DNA of 64,000 nt from an uncultured Planctomycetaceae bacterium (lineage in GTDB: Bacteria > Planctomycetota > Planctomycetia > Isosphaerales > Isosphaeraceae): contig CAWIAD010000002.1 of NCBI GenBank assembly GCA_963833985.1, forward strand, positions 3,584,001-3,648,000, given 5' to 3'. Below the pieces are notes generated by a model. That model was given only the letters and a program-made list of their open reading frames with translations. It had not been told where the DNA came from and ran no database searches. Each line of letters opens with the position of its first letter. The stretch's first letter is position 1. A program made the position numbers and the translations under genes. This document shows positions 18,310 through 28,981 of this stretch, piece by piece.

Positions 18310-21300
18310 TCAGAACAACGTTCCCTGTTTGGAATCCATCTTCTTACCCTTGAGCCGGAACCCGCCATCCTCCTTCTTATCGCCCTCTGGAGCCTGTGGC
18401 ACGTCATTCAGGTAGGTCTCCACTGCCACCCTGCTTCCGAGGAGGACAACGGCATCGTCCCAGCAGTCGTCCCAGGTCCAACCGTGGCGGGGGTCGTCCT
18501 CGGGGAAAGTCTCTGGCTTCCAGACGTGGCAGCCGTCACGCTTCTCGATGAGGGGACCGGGCAGCCCCTTGGAGTGGGCAGCCTGGGGGTTGGTGAGTTC
18601 AGGGATGCCGAGGAGGTTGAAGAATTCGTCGTTGGAGAGTGAGGCGGCGGATTCAGCAGACCACTTGCCCGCCTTGAGTGCCTGGAACGCGGCGGCGGCG
18701 AGTCCGGTAAGGCGTTCCCGGAAGGGGAGCTTGCGGTCCACCCGGTAGAAGCCCTTGGGGTCGGTCGGATCATCACGGACGATCCAGTCGAAGTCATCGG
18801 GATCGAGCCCGTACAGGTCGGCGCAAAGAGCGTCGATCTCAACTCGCAGCCGTAGACGGTCTGCCTCGGTCACAGCCCACCAGTGCTTCCATTCCTTGGA
18901 GGCGAGTTCTGGGTAGACGTGCTTGAGCTTGAGCCATTCGGGGGCAAAGCGGCGGTGGATAAAGGATAGGCATGCCGAGCTGGTTGCGAGGCGATGAATG
19001 ATTTTGGGACTCGTTGAGATCGAAGGCAGTGGACATTCCTCGACGATGTACCAGTTGAGTGAAGCACCACATAGCCGATTCCTCAGTGTCCAGTCGAACA
19101 CCATTGAATCAAGGCAAGCCGTGAGTGTCACATTCTTCTGGACAGATGAGTTAGTCGAGAGGAGAGGTACTTTGTTATTGCAGGGAAGAGCGGGTACACA
19201 ACTTGCGATCATTGTTCGATTGTCGGTATTGCGTGCAATGTCACGGTAGATAACTCTCGTTCCGCTCTGCTGCCCACCGTGACTAAGATAAACGTCCCGA
19301 GCCATAAGATTGAGTGGTTCGATACTCTTATGGTCAGCAGACTGGTTTCGCCAGATGGACTTCGACCCATACCCCTCGACATATCCGACCTTCCAGAAGT
19401 CAAACTGGTGGATGATCCGACCTTGATATAGCGGCAAAGCCACTTCCCCCGCTGGTCCTATCCACTGTCCAAAAGCATCTGGACGGTATCCCTTCGCCTC
19501 CCACTGTTCCCTGGGCGGGAACAGCCGGGAGTCGTTGGTCATGTGGAACTCGGTGGCGAAGGTTATCTCCCAGCCGGGGGCGTTGTCGCCGATGCGGATC
19601 GAGTGGTCGTAGATCTTGCGGAAGATCGCCAGGTCACGGGGGCTGCGAAGCTCGACGAGGCTGAGCGACTTTGGGCTGTTTTTCCGCACGTCCTCGGGCG
19701 TGAACACCATCGATGCCGAGTCATTCCGCAACAGGTCGTCAGGAATCTCATGGGCTTCGGGCGAGTCGCCCACACCCATGCGAAACCGAGCACAGAAGGC
19801 GGTTGTCGTGCCGTCCCGAGTCGCTATAAGAGCGACTTGCTTGTAGGAATGATGGGCAGCGGCGAAGACCCTTTTCTCATTCTGAAACGCATAGAGTAAG
19901 TCGAGCCGACCCCGCTGGAGCAGTTCCTCGCGGAAGTCCCTGGTCCCGAAATCGGAGTAGATCCCCGTAGGGAGGATCACTCCGAGACGACCATTGACCT
20001 TGAGAAGCAGCCAAAACACCTCTGCGAACATCTTGTAGGAGTTTAGGTCCGCACTACCCTGGAGTCGGAATGGGTGCTTCGGGTCGGCGAAACCCTGACG
20101 CTCCTGCCGCCGCCTTGCCCAGACCGCAGACAGGGCTGGTCCTTCTTTGCCCTTGGCGAGAGCCAGGTCGAAGGGTTCTGTGACATTCCTCACCCAGTTT
20201 CCCATTGCCTTGAACCGGGCAATGTATTCGTCCCATTGGTCACTCAAGCCAGGCACAGCGGCGAACAACCCCATCTGTCGCCGCAGCGCCGCCTGCTTGT
20301 CGTAGGTCCGATAGAGTGGGTCAAAGTCGCTAAAGAACTCCTGGGAACTGGGCTTCATCACATCCCACGGGGGATTACCGGCGAGAGCATCGAACCCGCT
20401 GCGATCTGGGGTGAACACGTCGGGGAACTCCAGTTCCCAGTGGAAGAATTTCAGGTCGGAGGCAAGCTGACGAATAATCGAGGAACGAGCATCGGACGGT
20501 TCGGCATGCAAGTTCTCTGGCGTAGGGACGTGCCGCAGTGACTCCTCGTCCGTTTGCCAGAACCACACGGCGCACCATTCATTCATCGCCTCTTTAAGTG
20601 CCTGGCGTGGTTCACTAGCCTCAATCTCCCGATACCGGGTTTCCTGGACCCCGGCGTCGTAGATCGGTTGATCGTGCAATTTCTGATACTCGTCCCGGAG
20701 CCGTGCGATCACATCGAGCGGGCGATGATCAGGCTTCTCCACCAAGGATTGATAGCCCTGGAACCTCGTCTCGATCAGCTTCCGCATCTCAATCTTGATT
20801 CGCCCGTCACCCGAGCGGCGGTTCCCGACCTTCTCACCTTTGAGGAAAGTCTCGATCCGCCCTGTACGCTCACCGTTCTTGCCATCGCCGCCTTCTCGCT
20901 CCCATGCTTTGAGCGGGTAGTCCTCCACCCGATCCAGCCAGCAACCAACCAGCGAGTTGCCGACCTTGATCTTGTGATCCAGGAAAGAGAATGGGAGACC
21001 AGGGTCCAGCGTGGCGATCCAGAGTGAGACTCGCGCCAGTTCCACGGCGAGCGGATTGATGTCTACCCCGTAGATGCACCGTTCTACGACGTACCGCCTC
21101 AGTCGAGCCTTTACCCATGCCTCGAAGTTGTCTCCGTAGTACGGATCGTTCGCTGGGAACTTCACGACCTCCTCACCGATCCGCCCCGTTCGTGGCATCC
21201 CGAGGGGCAGCGTGAGCGTATTGGCAATTTCCGGGTTATCCAGAAGGCGGTGGTAACACAGAGACCGATATAGGGCATCCGTTTGGTAGTCCAACGCCGC

Positions 21301-23322
21301 CACTAGGAATGAGGCACTCCCGCAAGCTGGATCGCAAAGTTTCAGGGCGAGGATGACCTCTGGTTCCTTCGGGACGGACGAGCCATTCTCTGCCTTGTCA
21401 TAGCAGAGAGGCTCCAAGGTTCGGTGGACGGTAGGCACCGCCAGTTCTGGTCTGGTGTAGAACGTACCCGAGCCTTTACGGGTATTGCCCGCCCTCACCA
21501 GATAGAACTCACCCAGGACTGTTACCCGCTTGATGAGCTTCGTCGCCTCATTATCGAGGCGGGCTTGATACTCACTGTCCGTCTCCCTGGCTCTTTGCCT
21601 GCCCACCATTCCGGCGAGGACAGCCGCGTCCCTTGCCCAGCGCCTTGCAGCTTCCTCTGCCGCGAGGTACTCGCCTGTGCGTGATGCCTCCACTTCGACT
21701 GAATCGCCCTCCACAGAGGGTTCTTCTTCGCCGATCTCCTCTGGTTCCTCGGGCTGTTCTTCCTCCTCGGGTGACTCTTCCTCCTCATCCTTGGCACTGG
21801 CAGTAACCTGTTCTTTGCGGAGCGTGGTGAGGAGGTTCTTGAGCCCAGTGCGGTCGTGGGTCAGCATGTCCTCCAACCGACGCAGAGGCAGGACCGGCTG
21901 CCGACCAATATTCAGGAACACCATCGGACCAAGGGAATCGTCCGTTCGCTTGAGCCGGTAGTCCAGCAGACCTTCATAGATCAGCCCGATGACCTGGGTG
22001 CGCAAGTCTGAGAAATCGACCGGTCCTTCTACGTAGGTCTTGGTCCGTCCCCGGATCACCGGCAACTTTGCTCGCAGCAACTTGCGGAGCACGGCATAGA
22101 TCGTCGAATCGCTTACAGGGACCAGAGTCTCAAGGATGTGCAGTGCCCTGGCGACAGGATCGGAGCCATTGGATGCACCTGGGCGAAACAGCAGACCGCC
22201 ACGTTCCGGGAACATCAAGTCGGGGTGGAGCGAACCGTCGTGGATCAACCGGAAGAGAGCCATCAAGCGAGACCAAGCAGTGGTCTGGTTGAAGAGGCTG
22301 TGAACACCGCCCTCGAAGCGGACAGCTTCCTCCAACTGCTCATACAGAGTGCGTACCCCATAGGAATGGTCGTAGATCGGTCCATTGAACCGCAATTCTG
22401 GGCGGGACTCCGCGAATAGGCAGACGACCAGCCGCATGATCAGCCGCACCGTCGCTTGGTAGAGAGCCTCATTCGCCTGGGTATCAGTCAGGGGATCGTC
22501 TGCACCGTGATGTACCAGGCTTGCAAACAGTCCTGAGTCCGTTCGGCTCTGCTTGGACACGTCTTCCAGGATGAATTCGATGGCTTCACGGACATTTTCT
22601 TGGAGAAAGTCAGACAGCCGTGCCTGGCGGTTGCGTGACTCTTCAACCGCATCCAGCAGCCCCGAGACACCCGCCTTGATCGGCTTGAGGGACTCGGCAG
22701 ACAGTAGTTGCCGCAGCCCTGCGAGTTCTTCAGAACCTTCGCCGTCGTCAAACCAGCGACCGGACTCCCATTCGCACCAAGACTCAAAGTCCAGCCCTGC
22801 ATACATCAGCCGGAACTGGTATCCATTGGTCAGTAATCCCAGGCGATGCCCCGTGCCCCGCAAAAGCTCCAGGAAGCGTGCATACGCTGTTCGTCCCCGT
22901 CCTCGCCCCACCTGAGCCGAGGTATCCGCCATGACCAGCAGGGCGGGCACAGTGGCGTTGGCATCGCCATAGACGACGCGGTGAGGGCGGATCGTCTCGG
23001 AACGGCTGCCGATGCGAACAACGGTTGTGAGCTTCTCTGGTATGGCGTTCTGCCGAACGACCCGCCCCCACTTGTGACCGAGGTATCCATCGAGCAGGGC
23101 ATCGACCCAGGCGAGGATCGACGGTTCGTCCAGGTTCGGTTCCCCCTCGGCGGCAACCTTGGCGCGGAAACGGGTTTGGGCGTCCCGCAGCTTGTTAGTC
23201 ACCGCCCAGGGTGCCGGTTCGGGTGCGGACGGATACCGCTCCAGCATCACCACTGGCGACAAGAGCAACCCTTGGTGCCGCAGCCGGGACCACCAAGCAT
23301 GTGCCGTATCGACTTGGCTCAT
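18310..23322 (-). CDS. Large N6-adenine DNA methyltransferase (DrmMI/Eco57I type IIG-like)
   Basis: RKGSGTFYT, DPACGSASFL, IYGVDINPLAVELAR, FHWELEFPDVF, GNPPW. Start overlaps the upstream stop (ATGA at 23319-23322). Confidence 0.92.
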   Translation of the reverse strand: MSQVDTAHAWWSRLRHQGLLLSPVVMLERYPSAPEPAPWAVTNKLRDAQTRFRAKVAAEGEPNLDEPSILAWVDALLDGYLGHKWGRVVRQNAIPEKLTTVVRIGSRSETIRPHRVVYGDANATVPALLVMADTSAQVGRGRGRTAYARFLELLRGTGHRLGLLTNGYQFRLMYAGLDFESWCEWESGRWFDDGEGSEELAGLRQLLSAESLKPIKAGVSGLLDAVEESRNRQARLSDFLQENVREAIEFILEDVSKQSRTDSGLFASLVHHGADDPLTDTQANEALYQATVRLIMRLVVCLFAESRPELRFNGPIYDHSYGVRTLYEQLEEAVRFEGGVHSLFNQTTAWSRLMALFRLIHDGSLHPDLMFPERGGLLFRPGASNGSDPVARALHILETLVPVSDSTIYAVLRKLLRAKLPVIRGRTKTYVEGPVDFSDLRTQVIGLIYEGLLDYRLKRTDDSLGPMVFLNIGRQPVLPLRRLEDMLTHDRTGLKNLLTTLRKEQVTASAKDEEEESPEEEEQPEEPEEIGEEEPSVEGDSVEVEASRTGEYLAAEEAARRWARDAAVLAGMVGRQRARETDSEYQARLDNEATKLIKRVTVLGEFYLVRAGNTRKGSGTFYTRPELAVPTVHRTLEPLCYDKAENGSSVPKEPEVILALKLCDPACGSASFLVAALDYQTDALYRSLCYHRLLDNPEIANTLTLPLGMPRTGRIGEEVVKFPANDPYYGDNFEAWVKARLRRYVVERCIYGVDINPLAVELARVSLWIATLDPGLPFSFLDHKIKVGNSLVGCWLDRVEDYPLKAWEREGGDGKNGERTGRIETFLKGEKVGNRRSGDGRIKIEMRKLIETRFQGYQSLVEKPDHRPLDVIARLRDEYQKLHDQPIYDAGVQETRYREIEASEPRQALKEAMNEWCAVWFWQTDEESLRHVPTPENLHAEPSDARSSIIRQLASDLKFFHWELEFPDVFTPDRSGFDALAGNPPWDVMKPSSQEFFSDFDPLYRTYDKQAALRRQMGLFAAVPGLSDQWDEYIARFKAMGNWVRNVTEPFDLALAKGKEGPALSAVWARRRQERQGFADPKHPFRLQGSADLNSYKMFAEVFWLLLKVNGRLGVILPTGIYSDFGTRDFREELLQRGRLDLLYAFQNEKRVFAAAHHSYKQVALIATRDGTTTAFCARFRMGVGDSPEAHEIPDDLLRNDSASMVFTPEDVRKNSPKSLSLVELRSPRDLAIFRKIYDHSIRIGDNAPGWEITFATEFHMTNDSRLFPPREQWEAKGYRPDAFGQWIGPAGEVALPLYQGRIIHQFDFWKVGYVEGYGSKSIWRNQSADHKSIEPLNLMARDVYLSHGGQQSGTRVIYRDIARNTDNRTMIASCVPALPCNNKVPLLSTNSSVQKNVTLTACLDSMVFDWTLRNRLCGASLNWYIVEECPLPSISTSPKIIHRLATSSACLSFIHRRFAPEWLKLKHVYPELASKEWKHWWAVTEADRLRLRVEIDALCADLYGLDPDDFDWIVRDDPTDPKGFYRVDRKLPFRERLTGLAAAAFQALKAGKWSAESAASLSNDEFFNLLGIPELTNPQAAHSKGLPGPLIEKRDGCHVWKPETFPEDDPRHGWTWDDCWDDAVVLLGSRVAVETYLNDVPQAPEGDKKEDGGFRLKGKKMDSKQGTLF

Positions 23323-26300
23323 GGCTGGAGATCCTCTTTGGTCTCCGGGACGAGGTACGTGAGTGCCAGGGGCAGCACCCTCACCTCACGCAATTGGAAC
23401 CGCTTGGGCAAGACAACCTTGAGCCGGTGGTCTTGCTCCCTGGTCAGTAGTTCTCGGGTCCGTTCCACGTCCTGCCGGATCACTTCCATCTGCTCGTCCA
23501 GTTCCTTTTGGCTGACCCGGATTTCCTCCACGACATCGGCAAGGAGGGCATAGCGTTCCATCTCTGCTTCGACCTTGACGATCGCCTTGGCGAGCCTCGC
23601 CCGTTCGCGGTCGCTACTGCGATCCTGCAACTCGTTGAGCCGGTAGCGGTAGCTCTCCTTCGCTGCATCGGTTTCTCGCTTCTTCGTCGTATCCGCTCTG
23701 GCTTGCAGTTCCTTCTTCAACGCCGATTCCTCGGAACGCAGGAAGGCTTCGAGTTGCCTGCGGTGAGTAAGCCACCGACCCCTGAATGCCCTGACCCAAT
23801 CATCGCGGCTGGACGGCGACTTGACCGGATGGAACTCACTTGCCAGGACGCTCTGCTCAAAATCGTGATCCACGGCTTCAAGCTGGTGTCCAACGATGCG
23901 ATAGACCCGGCACACAACTTCGTCGTGGAGCGGCTCCCGCAGTTCGTTGATTGCCGTGATCGTGTAATAGAAGACCAGCAGGGCATCGAACCCAGTGCGA
24001 TGAAGGGCAGCGATTGACCACCGGAAGATCGGGTCATGGGAGGTCGGGTCGTGAAGCTGGCGACACAGGGTTGCCATTGCCTGCCGCATGATCGGATGAC
24101 CGAGACGGAGGAGTACCTGGTGCTTCTGGAGCCGCAGCACCCGCCTCCCGCTGACCTCTTTTTCGACGAGAGCCGTGTCGAAAACCAGTTCCATGCGGTC
24201 AGTTCGTGGTCCCACGGTGAGGGTTTGGCGAGCCAGTCCTTCCCAGCGTGGCGGCGGCTTGAGCCGGTAGAAGCCTGGTCGCCCCGTGATCTCATCCAGT
24301 GCCCCTTGCCCCTCCACCGCGATGGCTGCTCTGAGGATGTCCGCAAGGGATTGGGACGAGATCCCCAGGCGGTTGTCGGTGTTCTCCAGCAGTTCCCTGG
24401 CACGCCGGGTCAGGTCAGCAAGGTCGTGAACGGTGGTCTGACCCAGGTCATTCTTCTCAGGGCTGCGTGCGGACTCCTGCTCAATGAACAGGTTGATCTG
24501 ATCCACCGAGGTCGGCTTGCCCTGAAAGTGCTGCTGGATTGCGGCGTCGAAGATGCGCTCAACGCTGCCGAGGTCATCTTGAATCGTGCTCGCCTTCCCG
24601 GCAACGTAGGCGAGGAAGTCCATGTCTTCTTCCTGGTCGCAACGGAAGTAATGCACGCTCACATCCCGAACCTGACCGTGCCGGGACACACGCCCGTTGC
24701 GTTGCACGATCTTCGAGGGCGACCAGGGGATGTCGTAGTGGACGATCCACCGACACTCCTCCTGCATGTTGATGCCCTCGGAGGCTGCATCGGTCGCGAG
24801 GAGCAGCCGTACGGCGGCGTTGCGGTCCTCGAACTCGGACTTTACCGCCTCGAACTCATCTACGTTCATTCCGCCGTAGAGGAGCCGCAGGGTGTTCTTG
24901 TCGAAGCCCTCCTGGAGAAACCGCTGCTCCAAGTAGAAGAGGGTCTCCTTGTATTCCGTGAAAACGATGAGCCGCTCGTCGTCCCTCGGCTTGCCGTTGG
25001 CGAACAGGTGATTCTTGACCCAGCAAACCAGGGCTTCAGTCTTCGAGTCCGACTTCTTGGCGAGATGGTTGAGCTTGCCAGGGTCTTCGATCGTGTTTCG
25101 GTCGTAGCCGAGGGCTTCCAGGGCTTGATTGACCCTGCGCTGCAAATCCTCAGTGGTCTGTCCCCGGCTGCGGAAGTAAGCACCCGAGTAGCGAGCGGCG
25201 TCATCTTCCAAGACCGACCGCTCGTCGTCGCTCTTGGTTTGCTCCTCTGCGCGTTCCGCAGACACCCGTGCCATGTCGAAGAGGCTGCCACCGTCCGGTT
25301 CCAGGTCGCCTTCCAGGTGCCTCCACCACGTCCGTGCGAACGCGAATGGGCATGACAGGAGTCGTTTGGTCAGCAGCGAGTAGATGAACTGACCCAGCCA
25401 CCTTTCGGCTGCCGAGGCATTGCCAAGGGCAGCTTGTCCCTTCTTGCGGTAATCCCGCAAGGCGGCGTAGAGAGCGGTCTCCTTTGAGGACAGATTGAGC
25501 TTCAACTCAACTGGGGGAAGCTGATCGGCAAAGGGAGGGCGGATCGACTGCTTGTTGATGTCATCCTTGAGTCGGCGGATGCGGACCTCCGCGAGATGTG
25601 CCTTGTCCTTGGCATCCATCTCGGTGGTCATCTGGAACCGGATGGGGTCGAGCAATTCCAGCACGCCGGTGAAGCAGACCGTCTTGCCGTTATGGGGCGT
25701 GGCTGAGGCGAAGATGCGGTGCTCGAAGAGAAACCGGATCTCACGAAGCATCCGAGTTCGCTGGCTGGCACGGCTGCCGCTTTGTGGTGCGAAGTGATGT
25801 ACTTCGTCTACAATAAGTAAATCCCACGGAGCGTGAGCCGTCGTACGGTTACGGTTGGTCTCTGCATCGGCACCCGCTCCAGATGCCTGAAGGAACTGCT
25901 GGAGGACATCGGGCATCCGCAGGTAGTCCATCGACGTGATGACGCGGGGGAAGGCTTTCCAGGGATTCGTGTCGATTCCCATTTCCCGCCGCAGCTTGAA
26001 CGTCGAGTCCGAGTCGATGACCCGGAAGTCCAGGTTGAACTTCCTCCTCAACTCGTACTGCCATTGCCGCTGGAGCATCGCGGGGCAGACGACCAGGATG
26101 CGCCGTATGCGTCGTCGCAGCAGCAGTTCTTCCAGCACCAGCCCGGCTTGGATCGTTTTTCCCAAGCCCACGCTATCCGCCAGAAGGAGGCTGACGCGGG
26201 GCATCGCCAAGGCTTTGAGCACCGGCTCAAGCTGGTAGGCATGAACCTGGATGGCTGAATTCCAGACACCCAGGAGCGGCTCGTCCTTGATGTCCTCGCC

Positions 26301-26618
26301 CTCACGCAACCGGTTCAGACGTGTCCAGCGATGGGCGTTCACGAACGCCTGCAATGCCTGGGGGCTGTCAGGTCGGTTGGCATCGACTCCTGGAAGAGTT
26401 GTGGTTCCGAGGACGGTGCCGGTTGCCTCGACCTCCCAGAGCAACTGCTCAGCTTCCGGGTATCGCCAGTCATCGAGATACTCGACATCGATGATGTGCA
26501 AGCGACCGCTACCGGTGCGGCTGTCGTAGGGCTCAACGGCACGTACCGTCGCCAGGCGGTTGCGAACACGCACAGCCTGACCTACTTCGGGGATCTTCTG
26601 AGCGGCGCTGCTTGCCAT
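23319..26618 (-). CDS. drmD: DISARM-type SNF2-like helicase DrmD
   Basis: PEVGQAVRVRNR N-terminus, YQLEPV, LADSVGLGKTIQAG, DEVHH, SATPHNG, ATDAASEGIN, QRNGRVSRHGQ. Confidence 0.88.
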   Translation of the reverse strand: MASSAAQKIPEVGQAVRVRNRLATVRAVEPYDSRTGSGRLHIIDVEYLDDWRYPEAEQLLWEVEATGTVLGTTTLPGVDANRPDSPQALQAFVNAHRWTRLNRLREGEDIKDEPLLGVWNSAIQVHAYQLEPVLKALAMPRVSLLLADSVGLGKTIQAGLVLEELLLRRRIRRILVVCPAMLQRQWQYELRRKFNLDFRVIDSDSTFKLRREMGIDTNPWKAFPRVITSMDYLRMPDVLQQFLQASGAGADAETNRNRTTAHAPWDLLIVDEVHHFAPQSGSRASQRTRMLREIRFLFEHRIFASATPHNGKTVCFTGVLELLDPIRFQMTTEMDAKDKAHLAEVRIRRLKDDINKQSIRPPFADQLPPVELKLNLSSKETALYAALRDYRKKGQAALGNASAAERWLGQFIYSLLTKRLLSCPFAFARTWWRHLEGDLEPDGGSLFDMARVSAERAEEQTKSDDERSVLEDDAARYSGAYFRSRGQTTEDLQRRVNQALEALGYDRNTIEDPGKLNHLAKKSDSKTEALVCWVKNHLFANGKPRDDERLIVFTEYKETLFYLEQRFLQEGFDKNTLRLLYGGMNVDEFEAVKSEFEDRNAAVRLLLATDAASEGINMQEECRWIVHYDIPWSPSKIVQRNGRVSRHGQVRDVSVHYFRCDQEEDMDFLAYVAGKASTIQDDLGSVERIFDAAIQQHFQGKPTSVDQINLFIEQESARSPEKNDLGQTTVHDLADLTRRARELLENTDNRLGISSQSLADILRAAIAVEGQGALDEITGRPGFYRLKPPPRWEGLARQTLTVGPRTDRMELVFDTALVEKEVSGRRVLRLQKHQVLLRLGHPIMRQAMATLCRQLHDPTSHDPIFRWSIAALHRTGFDALLVFYYTITAINELREPLHDEVVCRVYRIVGHQLEAVDHDFEQSVLASEFHPVKSPSSRDDWVRAFRGRWLTHRRQLEAFLRSEESALKKELQARADTTKKRETDAAKESYRYRLNELQDRSSDRERARLAKAIVKVEAEMERYALLADVVEEIRVSQKELDEQMEVIRQDVERTRELLTREQDHRLKVVLPKRFQLREVRVLPLALTYLVPETKEDLQP

Positions 26619-26967
26619 GTCAGGAGTCTTTGACCCGTCTTGGTCTGGTAAGGCAAGCCACTAGATTCCATGCAAGCACCATCAATGCTTCGCTTCATGG
26701 AGGTGGCTGCCTAATTTACCAGCGTACTGGAACCGGTAGGGAGGGACAAGGAACGGGGAATCGTTCCTCTCACCTGGTTCGGGATAGCTCACCCCTCCTG
26801 GGCTTGGGGTTCATTCTTGCCCGATTCTCGTCGCCCGCTGACCTATGGACAGGTGTCCAGAGAAGGTGAGATGATGAACGTCTACGGAACGAGCCTCTGG
26901 CGTTCTAGTAAACGATTGCGATTGTGATTGAATCGGGCTCAGTAATCTGGCTGCTGGGAGCCACCAC

Positions 26968-28980
26968 ATGGATATCGATCTTCGAGGTCGGGTGAACAAC
27001 ACGAAGCTCGCTGTGTCCAATCCTCTTCTTCCGCTCTTCGAGGCGATCATCAACTCGATCCACGCCATCGAGGAAAGAGCAGAGGGAAAGGGGTCGATCG
27101 AGGTCTTCGTTGAACGTGATAAATCACAAGGCTTGTTAGAGTCCGATCAGACCTCGATCGCTCTTGGTCCGATAGAGAACTTCGTAATCCGGGATAACGG
27201 GATCGGTTTTACGGAGGAGAACTTTCGTGCGTTCAAGACCTCGGACACTACCAAGAAGGTGGCTAAAGGCGGCAAGGGCGTCGGGCGATTGCTGTGGCTG
27301 AAGGCATTCGAGAAGGCAGAGATTGACAGCACGTTTATCGAGTCTGAGAGGTGTTGGAGAAGAAGCTTCGAGTTTGCCTTCACGGAACGTGGGATCGAGC
27401 GGCAGTCAAAGAAGGAAATGGAAGAAGTACTGCTGACTACTTCTGTGAGGTTGGTCGGTCTGAGGTCGGAATACGAGAAGCCCTGCCCCAAGAGCGCTGA
27501 AACAATCTCCAGGCGCATCATCGAGCACTGCTTGGAGTACTTTGCCCTGGACTCCTGCCCGAAGATAACTCTGGTCGATGAGGACGCCGACACCCGGATT
27601 GACTTGAAGAGGTTCTTCTCTTCGGAGATGCGTGTCCAATCGCAAACGAGCAAGATCAAGATCAAAGAGAAGAACTTTCGAGTTCATCACATCTTGGTCA
27701 ATTCTGCTCAAGACGGACAGCACCGCGTTTTCTATTGTGCCCATCAACGAGCAGTCCGATCCGATCCACTCATTGGCAAGATACCGAATCTTCTAACGCC
27801 GCTCAGAGGGCAGGACAACGAAGAGCCAGTCATTTACTCCGGTTACATATCCGGCAAGTATCTCGATGAGACCGTCAACACGGAGAGGACGGCGTTCCAC
27901 ATTCACGATCAGTTTGAGCTTCCACTTGGCGACGAACTGACATGGAAAGACTTGATCGATGGTGCAGTTGCCGCAGCAAGCGAGTTCCTCTCCCCGTTCA
28001 CAGAGCCTATCCGTCGTTCAAAGGAAGAGCGGATTCGGGAGTACGTCCAGAAAGAAGCTCCCCAGTACCGCCCGCTGGTGAAGCATCGTTCCGATTGGCT
28101 TGATGAGATCCCCGCTAACCTGCCGGATGACAAGCTTGACGTGGAACTCTATAAGATTGACCAACGCTACGGAATCTAGTTGAGAGTGAAGGCAAGCGAG
28201 ATACAGGCATCGAATGGCAAGGTCGGATCACCAGACGAGGGTCGAACAGTCTTCGAGACGTTCATCGAGGAGTGGAATGAACATGGTATGGCGAAACTCG
28301 CACGCTACGTTGCCCACAGGAAAGCCACTCTCGCATTCCTGACAGACAGGCTGGGACTGCGGGCTGATGGGCGTTACCCGTTGGAAGAGAGCGTCCACCA
28401 AATTATATTCCCTTTGAAGAAGACATCCGACGACATCCAATCTGACAGGATGAACCTCTGGATCATCGACGAGAAACTCGCCTATCACTACTATCTTGCT
28501 TCCGACAAGCAGTTTAGGCACCTTGAGCCTGTCGAGCTTTCAAGTCAAAACCGTGCCGACCTTGTAATATTCAATAATCCTTTCGCATTCGCAGACTCCG
28601 ATGCCCCGTTTGGGTCGATTGTGCTAGTCGAGTTCAAGCGTCCAGCCAGAGACGATTACACGGACGAGGATAATCCTATCGCCCAGGTCTACAGCTATGT
28701 TCGAGAGATCAAGGCGGGGAAGGCAAAAGACCGCCAAGGGCGTCCAATCAGAGTTCCTGATCGTATTCCGTTCTACGCCTACGTAGTTTGTGATCTAACT
28801 CCGAAGCTCATGACCCAAGCTGAAAACGCCCAACTCACGCCCACACCTGATTCTCACGGGTTTTTTGGATACAACCCGAACCTGGGAGTCTACATAGAAG
28901 TCCTATCATTCGATAAACTGATCAACGATGCGAAGAAGCGGAATGCTGTTCTTTTCGAGAAACTGGGAATAATCGGCTGA
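26968..28980 (+). pseudogene. GHKL (HATPase_c) ATPase fused to PD-(D/E)xK-like domain, interrupted by one in-frame TAG at 28177-28179
   Basis: EAIINSIHA, DNGIGF, GGKGVGR in the first part. The same frame continues right after the TAG with NLWIIDEKLAY...RADLVIF...LVEFKRP...PIAQVYSY. Confidence 0.8.
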
Positions 28981-28981
28981 C

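Noticed and set aside
24036..25355. 439-aa plus-strand ORF and similar long antisense ORFs (e.g. 13676-14395, 33319-34128, 54335-55042)
   Set aside because: Shadows of well-supported opposite-strand genes in GC-rich DNA; no motifs.
9089..26618. Canonical class I DISARM or BREX
   Set aside because: No separate drmB, no PLD drmC, and no pglZ or brxC-like genes in the window.
28177..28179. Pyrrolysine or genetic-code reassignment of TAG
   Set aside because: Single occurrence in a non-catalytic linker; other genes here end normally in TAG (e.g. 40255, 41262); no pyl genes seen.
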